From positions 186,001 to 250,000 of the forward strand of contig OZ025661.1 in the NCBI GenBank assembly GCA_964019335.1: 64,000 nt of DNA, in the 5' to 3' direction. The position numbers and the translations under genes are program-made. The DNA is from Diplonema japonicum (lineage: Eukaryota; Protista; Euglenozoa: Diplonemea). Positions 11,232-24,536 of this stretch are shown in pieces. The notes below the pieces were generated by a model. That model was not told where the DNA came from and did no database searches. It worked only from the letters and a program-made list of their open reading frames with translations. Within the stretch, counting starts at the first letter, position 1. Each line of letters begins with the position of its first letter.

Positions 11232-13065
11232 GAATGTAATCCCATACTTCTGCCCCGATTTGCAATAATCAGGTTGCATGACGATTGTGGAGATGAAGGT
11301 GGCACCTATCTTCTGATGCCGCGCGAGGAGGAGAAGCAGATCGGCGGACGCCTTAATTATTTTTATATTATTTCTTTTCATTTTTTTTTCTTTTTTAAAA
11401 CACCTGAGTAACCACCGATGCCGCTCCACTAACATGCCCTATCAGCTTGTGTATGACAAGGTTGGAGAGGTGCCACTTCAAATGCTCGGCGGCGATGATC
11501 GGCCCGTAGCTGTGAAGGAGCGCGGTTAGGTACGCAACGCACGACACGAGAAGCTGCGGGATGGCGTCGTTGATACCGATCTCGGCAATCTCAACGTACG
11601 ATTCGAAGACAGCCCTCGTGAGCTGGTAGCTGCTTTGCTGCACTGGAGAAGAGGAGAGGGATGCGGTCAGACGGCCGTAAACATGATCACGAAGCTTCCA
11701 CTTCTTAGAAAGAATGCATATGATAGAAGGCGTGTTGAGGAGGGACGTCCACCGCGCAACATCATCCTTCTGTTCCTTCGTGAGCTTCATGTCCGGCTCC
11801 AAGCATGCCATGTCCTCCTCCTCTTGCTCCTTGACCTCCGTGTCTTTAAAGGCGTCAACATCGCACACCTCAATCTCAACCTCTTGTTTCAGGGTTTTTA
11901 AAATGCTGGAAGGGACGTTGTTTAGGTATTTTTCGGATTTCGGGCCGATTTTCTTGTACACTTCAACAACAAGGCTGGTGGCGGTTTTTCTGACTTTCTG
12001 GTTAACGATGGAGAATGATGTGACTGCAAGCCCCATGACCGCTTCAACCCCGAAGGGTGTCGGGAGCTCCGCAAGCTCGTGTTCTTCCAACAGCGAGATC
12101 AACAAATTGATCTTCCCGATGGTGATCTTCCACGTGTCTGGTCCGTTGCTCAGCTCGCCGGTTGTGGCTTGTTCGGCGACGGCGTTGACCCCGACACGAG
12201 GGTGCCGTGCCACAGCAAGAAGACAGTCCTTTGCAACATCGCGAACCCTTCCGTTCACATCCCCCAACCTCATGATCAGATTTGTAACAATCGGCTGGCA
12301 GCACTCCCTCAACACGTCAGAAGGAACGTCGTGAAGATACGACACAAGCATGTACTTCATAAGGTTCACAGAGGATAGGTACACCTGGAAAACGGAATCT
12401 GCTATGGAAACGGAGATTATTGGAAAGATCAGGGTGATGACCTTATCCTTCTTCACGCCTGCTAAGGTGTGCACGGCGTCTTCCAGCTTCTTCAAACCCT
12501 CCGATCGGTGCTGCCACCTCTGCGATTTTAACGCCTTCACGTGTTCCATGCCCACTAGTGAGATTAGATCTTTGCTTTCCTCATGAACATCATGAGGTAG
12601 AGCACTCGGCGGTGACAATGGACGGGGCGCGTTTTCAATTCCAGCCGAGTCCAATGTAGAAGATGGGATTTCAGAAGTGGTGGTGGTTTCTGTCGGCTTC
12701 GCCAGGGACGATCGCCGTTTTGGTTTTCTCTCTTTTCTGTGTTCCCTCTCGCTGGTCGGGTCTTTTGTTTTTCTTTCTTTCTTCGTTCTTGTGCCTGATA
12801 GTCTGTCAGCTAGGCCTTTCGGCGGTCTTTTCTTGCTGCTCTTCTCGCCCTCTTGGAAACCTAAAATTTCAAAGCCGCATGAGGCCCGTTGCACTTCCAC
12901 AGCTTTGTTCTCGTTCACCTCCCTTGGATTCGGTACTTCAGCATCCTGTATTTTGATTTTTATTTTATAAATTTGTTATTGTTATCCACATACCACATCT
13001 CCAGGCAGCCCAACCCACTCGTCCTCCGAATCACTGTCTAGCGTCCTTGGCTGCTCACGTGTCAT
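10591..13065 (-). CDS. TOG/HEAT-repeat protein (CEP104/TOGARAM-like), introns 12946-12993, 11352-11403, 11198-11247
   Basis: LKSQRWQHRSEGL, RLGDVNGRVRD, KKWKLRD and NGKVRSAAVGVIIEVYKK are TOG-type HEAT motifs; three GT-AG introns fuse ORFs 11395-12918, 11226-11435 and 10591-11265. Confidence 0.8.
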
Positions 13066-13863
13066 GTCAAGAAAAGGAAGAAAATCTTTAAGGGAGGGGG
13101 ACAAATAAAAAAAAGGGGGTGGAGGAAAAAACAAACAGCGAGGGACGGGGGGGGGGGCTTTTTTTTAAATTCCTTTTTTTCTTCGTTTCCCCCTCCCCCT
13201 ATGAAAATAAAAGAAAGGGAATCCTGCCTGTGTGGTATATGTGATAGTTTTTTTTTTTGACACCCCCCTGTTTGTAACGCGGGAAAATAATAAGAAATAA
13301 ACAAGAGGGGGGGGGGAAGGGGAAAACAGAAATTCTAAAAGTGGTGATTTAGTTTTTTTTTTTTAAAATTCTACGCTCGGGAAGAGCAAGAGAGGATTGT
13401 TGGTTGTTAGTGAATTTGTGTGAATTACTCCCAAAAGAAAAACTTTACCCCCCTTTCAAAAAAGTTGAGCAAAACAAAGAAGCCGAGAGAGTCATTCAGG
13501 GATTGCCAAATGCTAACAGTCACTATCAGTTGGTCTTTTGTTTTCTTCTTCTTTCTTTTTTTTTTCGTTCTTAAAAAAGGCTGGTTTCAGGAGTCAAAAA
13601 CAAATACCTGGAAAACAATTCTAACTTTCTTCTTCTTTTTTTTTTCTTTCTTTCAAAATGGAACACACCTTTTGAAGAAGAGAAGAAAAAAAAAACGAAT
13701 CTAAGAGAGGGAAAACAATTACTTTTTTTTAGTCCCCCCCAAGAAAAATTAAAAACCCCTTTTCTTTTCTTTTTTTTTCGAACCCAAAGATATATAAAGT
13801 AATATATCGGCACGGGGTTCAAAAAAAAAACTTTTTTTTTTAACACAACGAGGTTTTGACTTT

Positions 13864-13894
<31 letters not shown>

Positions 13895-13950
13895 ACACAA
13901 GAGAGGAAAGGGCGAAAAAATCTAAAAATCTACAAAAAAAACTTTTTTTT

Positions 13951-16900
13951 CTAACTCACAATATTCGTCCTCAGACCCAAAGGAGTGACAGGCGACGCCC
14001 CGTTGAGCGCCTTGCGAATAAGGGGAGAAGGGGAAGGGCGGGACACAGGCACGTAGTCGCCCTCGTCCATAGCAGTGTCGTCACCCATCGGTGGCGGGGG
14101 GACCAAGTCGGAGTAGATATCAAGAGTGGACTTCCTCGGCACAGGCGTGTTGGTGGCTGTAGCGAAGGTGCTGTGATCATACTTAGCAAGGATGCCTGCG
14201 TAGTCGCTGGTGACACTCGGGACGTGGTGTGAAGACGGGGAAGGCGTTTCGCCCCTGACGTGCCTCTCAGTCGCTTCTCCTAAGAAGGTCACTGTCTCCT
14301 TGATCCTGTTCAGGACGCAGGAGGCGGCGTCAATGCCCTCGATGATCTCTGCCGACTGCGACTCCATCCCTGTCTCCATCTTGGTCTTCAGAGTCTGGAG
14401 CATGTCCACCGTCCCTGAGAGACGCCCCCTCACCTCTACTGACACTTCTGATGCCTTCTCCAGTCCCATCCTCCCCAGGTTTTCAACGTCCTTCTTCATC
14501 TCTCCGTTCTTTGCCGCCACCTCCTCTACAGTGCTCGCCACCACGGTCTTCACCTCCTGGACCTTGCCGATCACCTCCTCACCTGATCTCGTCATCGCCT
14601 CCATGTTGCTGTGCATTTCTTGTGTCACCTCTGATCGGCTTGAGGCAGCCACGCCCTCCATTGCCTGTTTCACCTGTTCGGCAAGCATTGTTCGTTCCTG
14701 CGCTTTGCTTTCCGCAAATAGCTCCACCTGTTCCACTGTGTTGCCTGCGCGCGCGTTGGTGGCCTGCTCGAAGTTCGCAAGTGTGGTGGTGGAGTACAAC
14801 GCGAGTTCGGTGGCTGCGTGGTTGTGCACACTGCCGTGCTTTGCGAGGACGTCTGCCATGTTGCTGCGGATGGTGTCCAGCACGCTGTGCGCCTTCTTCA
14901 CCTCAACGCTCACCGCGGCCGACAGTTGCTCACCTGCAGAGCCCGACGAGGAGAGGATCTCCTGCAGGCCATCATCCAGGAGTGCTTCATGCTTCCTCAT
15001 AGCCTCATCCAGCGAGGCCCTCACGCAGACCCTCTCCTGGGTGATCGTTTGCAATGTGCTGCGCAGTGTCTCGTCCACCACAGTCTGGCGCACACTGAGG
15101 CTCTGCATGTGCTGCTTGTGCATCAGAAGGATCTTCTGGATTTCTTCTCTGAGGGTGTTGTCGGTGGCGTTCATTTGGCACAATATGGCCGAGCCCTCAG
15201 ACGAAGCGACTTTAATGGCGGCCCTCTCCCTCTCCTCCAGAGAGAACAGCTCGTTGCTGATGTTGTTGATGTCCTCCGCTGCGCTCTCTTGGATCGCGCA
15301 CTTCAGGGTGTCGATCTCCTCGTGCATGCCGAGTGTCGCGTTTTCTGTGCTCATCTTGACGCCGTTCTCAGTGTTGTCCAACACCTCGGCGAGTCTCGTG
15401 CGGCCCTCATCCAACATCCTGTTGCCTTCAGCAGTCACGGCAACAGCAGCCTCTTGGGAGGTGCTGGCCTTTTCGGAGATCTCCATGGACATGTTCTTCA
15501 TGCTGCCAACGACTTCCTGCTTCAGGTTGTTCATCATGTCCTTCATGAGTGTTTGGAGGGCTTCCTGATCCGCGTCCTTCGCAGACGCAGTGGCGGCGAA
15601 GAACCTCCCCATCACGTCGTCCACAGCAGCGGTCACCTTCTTGCAGTGCTTGTCGGTGGTGGCCATGGTGCATTCTTGAACCTGAGCGCTGAGCTGAGAC
15701 ACCTGAGAGTGTGTGAAGACAAATATTACAAGCATACTGCTTGGGTAGCACCATCGACAGCGCTGCCTGTAGCCTTTTGTGCTGCCTCGAAGGCATATTG
15801 CTGCGTCCCGATCGACGTGTTCACACGGTTCTCAAGTGCGGTGCTGTGCATGTTGATTTCATTTTACATTTTTACATACTAAAGCTGCGACGTGGTTTCC
15901 TCCTGCCTGATGACACCCTGTGCTGCGTCGGTGATGCCACCCGATGTTGCCTGACAGGCAGCATTGGTGAGCTTGATGGACTGCTCCTTGATGGTACGCA
16001 CAGCGTCCTTGGACTGCGAGATGGCGTCGTTGAGGTCGTTGGTGTTCAGGAGCTGCGTCTCAACAGCCTCCCCGATGGTCTGGAAGTTCTTGCCCTCCCT
16101 AATGTCCCTGTTCTTGATCACGTTGTGGAGGCCCTGCTCCTTGCTGATGCCCTGCTGGATGCACTCCACCAAGGCTGTCTCACTTTGCTGGTGGTGAAAC
16201 AGAAGAATGTTCTTCTCGGCTTGCTTTGCCTCCATCACCTTAATCTGCTTCCAGACGCCGTTGAGCTTGTCCTGCAGCTCTGCCGCCTTCTCGCTCTTCA
16301 ACACCTGGTCCGCTTCCAGCTCCCTGAGCCTGTTCTGCATCATCTCGTAGCGCTCCTCAGAGACGAACACGCCGGTCCCGTTGCGCTGATCGGTAAGCTC
16401 AGTGCGGAGGCGTACCAGCTCGCTCTCATAGTCGCACACCAGTTGGTTGCCGGACAGCACCCGGTTCATCTCAGGATCGTTCTCGATCTTGCGTGCGGAG
16501 GACGCGTACTCCAGTGTGGAGAGGGTCTCGTCCAGGTTGAGCTTCGCGAGGGAGATGGTGGTGATGATCGACGTCTTAGACCTCCCGCCGAGAGCGTCGG
16601 AAAGAAGCCTAGTGAGCGCAGACTCACGGTAAGGTGTGTGCGACTGGTCGGGGCTGGAAAGGGACGAGATGACACGTCCAAGAGTAAGCAGACTCTTGTT
16701 GATGGCAGCAGCTTCGGACTGCCTGTCGGTGCCATGTGTGTCGGTGCGCTTGGCGGACTCGGAACCGGCAAGATCGACAAGGTGGAGCTTCCCCATTTTG
16801 AACAAGTCCTCGCCGTTCATGGTTTCCTCCTTCACGGTAACGCTGATGGTCGCGATGAAGTGCGAACGGGAGGAGCGGGAGTTCATCCCTGTGGCGGCCG

Positions 16901-17498
16901 TGGCACGGCGGGCGATGGCAGACTCGAGCTGCTTGATGACATCTGCAGGCGATGACACAACCATCTCTTCAACACCTTTCATGACAACACCCGACTTCCC
17001 GTCTTGAAAGAGCTTCAACTTCTGCTTCTTTTCCGCGTCCGCAGGAACAAGCATGTCGTAGAACTCTTCCTTGTACAGCTCAACACATGATAGTCTGACG
17101 GTGAAGTGTGCGCTGGATTTCATCAATTCGTTGAAGATGTGCTTGCAGGCTCTGGGGGTCAGGCCTTGGTTGGATTCAGACTTCAGGTCGCCCATCATGG
17201 AGTGGGTCTTGCCAGAGTTTGTTTGCCCGTAAGCGAAGATTGTGCAGGAGAACCCTTTCAGCATGTCGGAGACGAGAGGCTTGCATGCTGTTTCGAATAT
17301 TTCCTCTTGCGTACTGTCCGTGCTGAAAACCTTTTTGAAGGAGTAGTTGTTCTGCCCACGCGAGGTCTTTGTCTTGGCAGAGACATCACGTTCCGTCAGA
17401 GTGATCGGGGCGCGCATCTCACCGTCCTGCAGAGGCCTCGCACGCACGAAAACTCTTACATGCTCTGACTTTTTGTCAGTTGCGTGGAGACGTTTCAT
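13951..17498 (-). CDS. Kinesin motor protein (kinesin-5/BimC-like), introns 15844-15879, 15703-15737
   Basis: IFAYGQTNSGKTHSM, SSRSH, LVDLAGSE, HTPYRES; 36- and 35-nt GTATG...CAG introns join the motor to the long coiled-coil tail. Confidence 0.92.
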
Positions 17499-17599
17499 TT
17501 TTTTTTTCTTGTTTTTTCTCTAAACTGGAAGCGGCTGAGTGACACGAAGGATAAAATAAAACAAGAAAAGAAGGAAGCGAGGGGGAGAGGAAAAGAACA

Positions 17600-17656
<57 letters not shown>

Positions 17657-17873
17657 TACAATCCACCGTTGAGTGGATTTTGAAACGATTTAATCTCATT
17701 TTTTCCCCCCCTGGAATATCATTTCGTAATTTTTTTTTCCCTGTTCTCTTTTTTTTCTTTTTCTTTTCTTTCTTTTTTTTTTTTCAGAATGCCGTGTGGA
17801 CCTTTTCCTCTCCCCTTGTCATTTTTCCTGCTCAGTTTACAAAAAAAAAAAAAGAAAAAAAGAAAGAAAAATC

Positions 17874-17917
<44 letters not shown>

Positions 17918-18032
17918 CCACACCAAAACCCGCCCCCTTTTTTGTTCTTCTTCTCCCCCCTTTTTTTTATTTCCCTTCCTTTTGAATCCATGTGTGTAAT
18001 TGAGTTCATTATGTTTTTCCCACCCCCTTTTT

Positions 18033-20178
18033 TCAGTTTGGGTTAGGATAATGAACATCTTCATCCGCGAGATCTCCGATAGTACTGAGGAGGTTGGAGA
18101 GAGCCTCGGAAAGCACGGTGGAATCTTCCATGTTGTCAAGAATTTCCTCGATTTTGGGGAATTTCATAGCCTGAGCGGCGGAGTAGTTTGCGGTGAAGCC
18201 TCTGGAGACCCGGCGTTCTGTGAGGTAGCGTTCCACCTCCTCGTCCGAGCGGGGCAGCGCAGAGAATAGGGCGAACCCCTGCATGTCAATCTCGACCTTC
18301 TGGTACTTTGTCCAAGCTGTTATGTTCTTCACCTCCTTGACATGCTTCGCCACAAGGTAAAGTACCTCGATCGGTGTGGTGTCCTCCTTCCACCCCATCT
18401 CTTCCACCCCGCTTCCCAGTTCAAGCAAACCCATGGTCATGTCCACCAAAGGAGTGTTCGACAGTGTTAGCATCTTCTCCGCTTTCATCGTCCCAACGAA
18501 CATCAACGTGCCCCGCAGCTTTGAGAACTCCTCTTGTACAGCCTCGTCACGTGCGCCTGGCAGTGTTGCCTGCACCTTTGCGATGAACGAGTCGACAGCG
18601 GTTTCCAATGTCCTCATCGGGTCGCCTAGGACTACTTCTGTGTAGTGCCCGCTGCATGATGACGCAACAAGCTCCGCCAGCTTCTTCACCAGTAAGCCCT
18701 GTCCGCGTTTTGACTCTCCTGCCGAGAGGAGCGACGCTACCGACGGTGCAAGACGCCCTTTCATCTTGAATAAAAGCCCCACGTCTGCTATCGACACCAA
18801 CGACGTCGCGTCCTCCAACAAACGGCGCAGCCCAGTGTCCAGATCGGCACCAGTGTGCAGGTCTATCTCGACTTGGTTCAGGAATTTTTCGAGATCGTCT
18901 TTATCGGGTTGTGCTGTGCCCGTGATTTCTTCCAATAGCTGCTGGTCCAAGGAGGGGTGTGCGAGTGCCACCTGGATGGTGACGTTCGGTAGGTCGTTGT
19001 CCAAGACGCGTGCCCACAGCCAGCCGCCTTCCACACCGTTTTGCGCCACAGCGAGTTCGGAAAGATGCTTCATGCACTGGAGCAATCTTTTTTCCCCATC
19101 TTCGTCCTCGCAGGGCCTCCTCAGTTCAAAGGTAGCCTCTGCTAGCACGATGAGTGAGGACGCACCCTCCTCGCTGTCATCGTCGACGTCGTCGTCGCTG
19201 TCAGCGGGCGGGGCAGTCTTCTCGGCATCCTTGAACTTCGTGTCGCTGATGGCCTTGAACTCGTCTTCAGTGTAGGTGCTGAGACTGACCTTGAGTTGTG
19301 TCCTGGGTGCGTCCATCTCACCCATCTTCACTGTTGCGTCCATCTCGATGGGGACGCCGATGCCTGCCTTGGACCGCGCGTTCTCAAGGTCCAACTGTGG
19401 TTGCACATGAGAAAAATGGGGAAAATGATGATTGTTACACACCTTGTCCTTCAACTTGGACGAGGCTCCAAGGGCCCGGAGCTTCATTCTGGCCATGGCA
19501 AGGGCGATCCCTTTGTTCCCGCCTCTGCTGCTGTCACTGCCCCACCTGTGGAAGAAAAAATCTTTTTTCTTTGTCTGTGTGTCACACCATTTAAGGAAGT
19601 CCTCGAAGTTGACCTTCCCGTCGCTGGAGAGGGTCTCCAGGGCTCCTTTGATGTCCCTCTCGGGGACGTTCACACCGAGCTGTTCCACCATTGCCTGTGT
19701 GTGTGTGTTCCATGGCCCAGTGTGCATACCCTGAACTCGTCCCTGTCGATGTACCCCGACTTGTCGGTGTCGAACTTCTCGAAGATCTTCTTGATGGTCG
19801 CCTTCTCCTCTTTCGAGAACTGCTTCACCTGTTGTTTGGAGGGGTTGCTTCGCGTGAGGTTCGCATACCTCTGCTTCTTTGGTCTTCAGTTGCCGTTTTT
19901 CAAATTGTTTTTCTTTGATGGACTTGTGCAGCATGGCTATCCGTTCTTGTTGCTCGGTTCGGAGCTTCTCCAGCTTCTCCATCTGAACATCCAAGGCGTC
20001 TTGGTGTATGGTTTCTAGGACCGTGCTGACGGGTTCCTGCTCTGTCAGTTCTTCGTCTAGCACAGCTCCCTACAAGGTAGAGGTGGATATTGTAGACAAG
20101 ATATCGGCATACCCATGAGGTGTCCTGCCTTGGCAGCCCGTCCCAGATTGGCGTCTTCATTGGTGTTACAGCAGCCAT
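18033..20178 (-). CDS. EF-hand protein, family A copy 1; introns 20070-20112, 19829-19868, 19695-19729, 19546-19587, 19395-19442
   Basis: Spliced: ...IKKIFEKFDTDKSGYIDRDEFRAMVEQLG...DGKVNFEDFLKWWGSD; paralog at 39705-44065. Confidence 0.85.
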
Positions 20179-20510
20179 TTCAAAAAAAAAAAAAAGGTTA
20201 GGTTAGAATAAGAATATGTACGTTGGCTTGTGTAATGGGAGGGAGGGGGGAGAACGTGGGGGGATCCTTGAAGTTACGTTTTTTAAATTCTGATTTCAAA
20301 AAAAAAAAAAGAAAAAAAAAAAAAAGAGAGAGAAGGAGAGAAAACATGTAAAGTGCATATAAAATTTAGGTGGAAGAGAAAAAAAAAAAAAAAAAAAAAA
20401 GAGAGGATGGCGAGGACGGGAAAGAGGTTTCAAGCCACTCACCCTGCCCAGCGCAAGATGTAGATTTTAGAAAAAATCCAGTGTAAGAGGGGGGGGAAAA
20501 AAAATGCGTT

Positions 20511-21020
20511 TTAGGAAAGATCTGGGTTGAAGACGCCCCGAGGTCTTTCGCAAGTATTGCGGAGAACAGCCTTCCTCGAGTGATGGGAAGCGTTATACCT
20601 GGATAGGTCTATGTCCCATCCGTATGTGTGAGCAGATGTAACTGGCGCTCTGAATCGATCTTTCGGGCCCTTTTTAGCTTGGAGTTTCAGATACTGGGCT
20701 CTACCACCACCTTCCCTTGATGTCCCCTCGAAAAGCACGTTGTGGTCCTCTGGGGTCATGGGGTTTTGGATGCTCTCATTCAATTCTGGGTTTGTCACAC
20801 TGACCTGATCGGAATCCTCTTTCCTGCGCCTTTGCTGTGCCCGATTTTCTGTTTTATAAAGCTGCTTCAGAACCTCGCTTTGTTGGTGTGTAAAAGCTAC
20901 GTGGCCAGTCCGGTGCATTACAGTGCGTTGCGCTTCCTGGTGTGGGGGGGGGGGGGGAATATTGTTTTTTTTGAATGTTTTGCATACCAGCGCATTTTCT
21001 ACTTTGTCACCTTTACCCAT
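20511..21020 (-). CDS. ATP6V1FNB/SPMIP1-like microtubule inner protein, in-frame intron 20937-20987
   Basis: GRAQYLKLQAKKGPKDRFRAPVTSAHTYGW motif; 51-nt GTATGC...CAG intron. Confidence 0.65.
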   Translation of the reverse strand: MGKGDKVENALVCKTFKKNNIPPPPPHQEAQRTVMHRTGHVAFTHQQSEVLKQLYKTENRAQQRRRKEDSDQVSVTNPELNESIQNPMTPEDHNVLFEGTSREGGGRAQYLKLQAKKGPKDRFRAPVTSAHTYGWDIDLSRYNASHHSRKAVLRNTCERPRGVFNPDLS

Positions 21021-22892
21021 TTTTTTTTCTTTCCCTCCTCCCCTTCCTGGATTTTTTGTTCCCCCCCCCCTTTTTTTTAAGGGGGAAAAACAAAAAAAAA
21101 AAGAAGTGGGAGAAAAATAACTTTTTTTTTGTGTTTTTTTTTTTTTTTTTTTTTTTTTCCCCTTTTCGATACTGTGCATTCTGCTGATTACCGTTGCACA
21201 TAAGAGAAATGGTACAAGAAAAAGGAAGGGGGGGGGGGGAAGGATTTATATTTTTTAGCATGGGGGGAGGCAATGGCAGTCGTTTTTTTTGAGTGAATTT
21301 CTTTATGTTACATTTCCTTTCTTCTTTTCCTTCGTTGAAGCAGTTTTTTTCTTCTTTTTTTTCTAGTTGGAACCAACGCTTTCTGAACATACTATTTCAA
21401 GTGGATACTTTTTTTCTTCACTTGTTACATTTTTTCATCAGCGCTGTGTTGAAATATTCAAAACAAAAAAAAAAAAAAGAACAGGGACGCACAACTCTGC
21501 TTGCTTCTACGTTTTCTTTTTTTTTTTTTTCCTTCATTCCTTCTTCTTTTTTTACATTTTTTTTCCACAACTGGAACGAGAGAGAAAAAAAATCCCCCCA
21601 TTTCTAGACAAGTGGCGCAAGGTGGCCGTGTAGCCCTAAATGGACTGAAGCCAGCTTTTTGCGGGGTTTCTTTAAAAAAAAAAAAAATAGAACAAAAAGG
21701 TCAAAAAAAAAAAAGGGAGGGAAAAAAATACGCATTTTCGCTGACGGAGGATAACCTTGGGGGGAGGTCAAAAAAAATAAAATTTTCACTGTGATAGCAG
21801 GGGGACGATAAGGAAAGAAACAGTGGGGGAGAAGGGCAAAATAAGAAAGGAAAAAAGGGGGGGGGGGGAAGTATTTTTAGGAAGACCAACCAGATTTTGC
21901 ATTCCTTTTTTTTTCCCCTTCTTTTTCTTCAGAGACAACTAAACCTTTCTCTTCCGTTCATAGAGAACAGAAAAAAAGTTTTAAATGCAACAAAAAAAAA
22001 CTTTTTTTTTTTTTTTGCGTTGTCGTAATAGGAACAACGGCCTTGAACGCAGAATTTTGGCGCCCTCTCCGCTATTCAGCAAGGTGCTTCCCGGACGGGG
22101 GGGAAAAAAGAAGATCTTTTTAGGCTCTAAAAATACTTTCCCCCAAGGGAGAAAAAAAAAACATGAAAAATGAGAAATATACCAACGGATGAACTGTTGT
22201 TCTTTTTTTTCTTGTTATCAAAGGAATTCTTTGGCAGCGTTACTTTTTTTTCTTCTTCTTTTTTTTTTTTTTTTTTTTTTTTTTTTGTAAATAACCGCTA
22301 TTCAATGCGCAAAAAACAATCCTTGCTTAAATTCTTTTCCCTGACAAAGTGGGGGAGCTCCGGGGGACAACACACCATCTTTCCCATGAGGCTGTGAGGG
22401 TGCAACAGTGCCTAGGGTATAAACATGAAAAAAAAGGGGGGGGGGAAGGAACGGAGCTATGCTGCAACCATTCCCCCTTTTTTTTCTTCTTTTTTATTCT
22501 TCCAAACCTAAAAGGGGTAAAAAGAGAGGGTGAAGCGAGGGATGGGGGCGAAAAGAGAGAAACATACCGTGTAAGGGAAGGTGAGAGAGGGTAGGACTGA
22601 TTTCATTTTTTATTTCTTTCTTCCCCCCCCCCCCACATCATCAGGAGGGGCTCTAGCACGACAAACACACTCATTCCTCCCTCTCAGTGTTCCCCCCCCC
22701 CCCCCCTCCTCCATTACTTACATGAGATTCAAGATAATTAGTAAATATAGTAAAGTATACCCATAAAAAGCGTGGGGGGGGGGGGGGGGGGGGGGGCTCA
22801 GAGGGGGATTCATGGATGGCCGAAGGCCGATCTCAAAAACCCCCCGAAGTGCCCACTCTCCACCCCGAAGGGAAACAGCCCTTTTTTTTTCT

Positions 22893-24368
22893 TCAAGAGC
22901 TGACAGCGGTGACGTAAACTAAAAACGGCATCGCAACACTCCCACAAATCAAGTACACCGCAGCACACCTCTGCAGCCACTGATTGGGAGGCGCTGCCAC
23001 AATACGGAATGACTTGCCCTCCTCCTCAGAGAGGAGCGGCCCCTCCTCCTCCTCCTGCACAGCAGACGCTCCTTGGAAGACACCAAAACCATCAGGGTGC
23101 GTTCGCAGAATAGAAAACCCAGGGTACTGTTTCCGAATAGTCATGAGATAGTACAAAGGTGGGATAACAGCAGTGTTTATCGTGGCGGTTGACGCTCCAA
23201 CGTAAGCAAAAGCAGCGTACATAGAAGGGACGAAGGCGGCGACAGTTGCGGCTGACGATATAATAAACAGGTTGGTAAATATATTGACAAGCTGCGCGTA
23301 AGGAGGCTCGTCATCTTCGTCAAAAGATTCTTCATCCTCGCTTCCTTCGCCGGAACGAGGTACCAGCAGAGGTCTTATGACATGCTCCTGGACAATGGTG
23401 GAACACTCCAGCAGAACAACAGGAAACGAGAACAAAACGCTCAGCGCAAACATAATTTTAACAGCATCCAATGTTGACGGAAGGTTCCCCAGAACATCAT
23501 TGCTCGTTGAGTCCAAGTACGTCACGTAGCCAGACAGAGCGATGATGATGTAGCACACGGACGCAACTCCATTTGCGATCATAGAAGCAGTGTTTAAACG
23601 CCCTGCCTTCTCGCCAGGCTTCCCTGAAATATCTCTGTATGAACCGAACATGTTCACCTGGCAGTCGTAGGAAAACGCAATCACAGGAATCGACATAATA
23701 GCGGTATTGTCCCATTCGAACAAAGCCCGGCCCTCAAGATTGTTCCCCGACAGAATCGCCTTCACCACTATCGTTCCTGCGAAAACCATCATAGCTATGA
23801 TGCCCAATGTGTTAATCCATCCTAGCTGTGTGATATCCCTGTAGAGCATCATAGGGAAGATGACGATGGCGTGGATGAGGATCACGAACCATTCCTGTGC
23901 GAAGGATGAATCGTGCCCGAATATATCTGGTTCCTTCAGCATTGGTGAGACGAGTTCCGCTATCATTCTTAAAGCGGCTACAGCACCTCCCCATGAATCG
24001 AGGAAGCATACTACCATTGCCATTGTGAAGCCTGCTTTGCCCATGCAGTGATGGCCTAGTGTAGCGATGTCGATGTCGTCCTTGGCAACCATGTCAAGGG
24101 AACGGGCGAGGAGGAGGCACCCGTAGTGCGAGCACAGGCCTACGCCGGTTACCATCAGCGAGAAGGAGACCACACCAGAGTCGTGCATTGCGCGGGGCAT
24201 GGCCAGTGCCCCTGCACCTGTGATCGTTTTGAACAATATGATAGCGACACTCGCCACCCCCCTGCTCCCTTTTTCCCCCACCCCTGTCAGGGTGGGCGTA
24301 TCCCCGATAAACGACCGCCCGCTTGTAACAGACATTGTGTCCGTTCGCCGTCTTTTTGAGACCGTCAT
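22893..24368 (-). CDS. Amino-acid transporter (AAAP/SLC38 family)
   Basis: KTITGAGALAMP, IPVIAFSYDCQ, about 11 hydrophobic segments. Confidence 0.92.
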   Translation of the reverse strand: MTVSKRRRTDTMSVTSGRSFIGDTPTLTGVGEKGSRGVASVAIILFKTITGAGALAMPRAMHDSGVVSFSLMVTGVGLCSHYGCLLLARSLDMVAKDDIDIATLGHHCMGKAGFTMAMVVCFLDSWGGAVAALRMIAELVSPMLKEPDIFGHDSSFAQEWFVILIHAIVIFPMMLYRDITQLGWINTLGIIAMMVFAGTIVVKAILSGNNLEGRALFEWDNTAIMSIPVIAFSYDCQVNMFGSYRDISGKPGEKAGRLNTASMIANGVASVCYIIIALSGYVTYLDSTSNDVLGNLPSTLDAVKIMFALSVLFSFPVVLLECSTIVQEHVIRPLLVPRSGEGSEDEESFDEDDEPPYAQLVNIFTNLFIISSAATVAAFVPSMYAAFAYVGASTATINTAVIPPLYYLMTIRKQYPGFSILRTHPDGFGVFQGASAVQEEEEGPLLSEEEGKSFRIVAAPPNQWLQRCAAVYLICGSVAMPFLVYVTAVSS

Positions 24369-24536
24369 TTCTTTTCTTTTTTTGTATTTTTCTCTCTTCC
24401 TCCCTCCCTTCTGCCTGAAATGAGATATTCTGATTCATAAAAGGTTTTTCGGGGGGGAGGGGGTATTGCAGTCGGAAGAAAAAGAAAAACGCGAGAAACT
24501 CGGAAAAGCACCCGGAGAGGAGAGGAGGAAAAAAAA

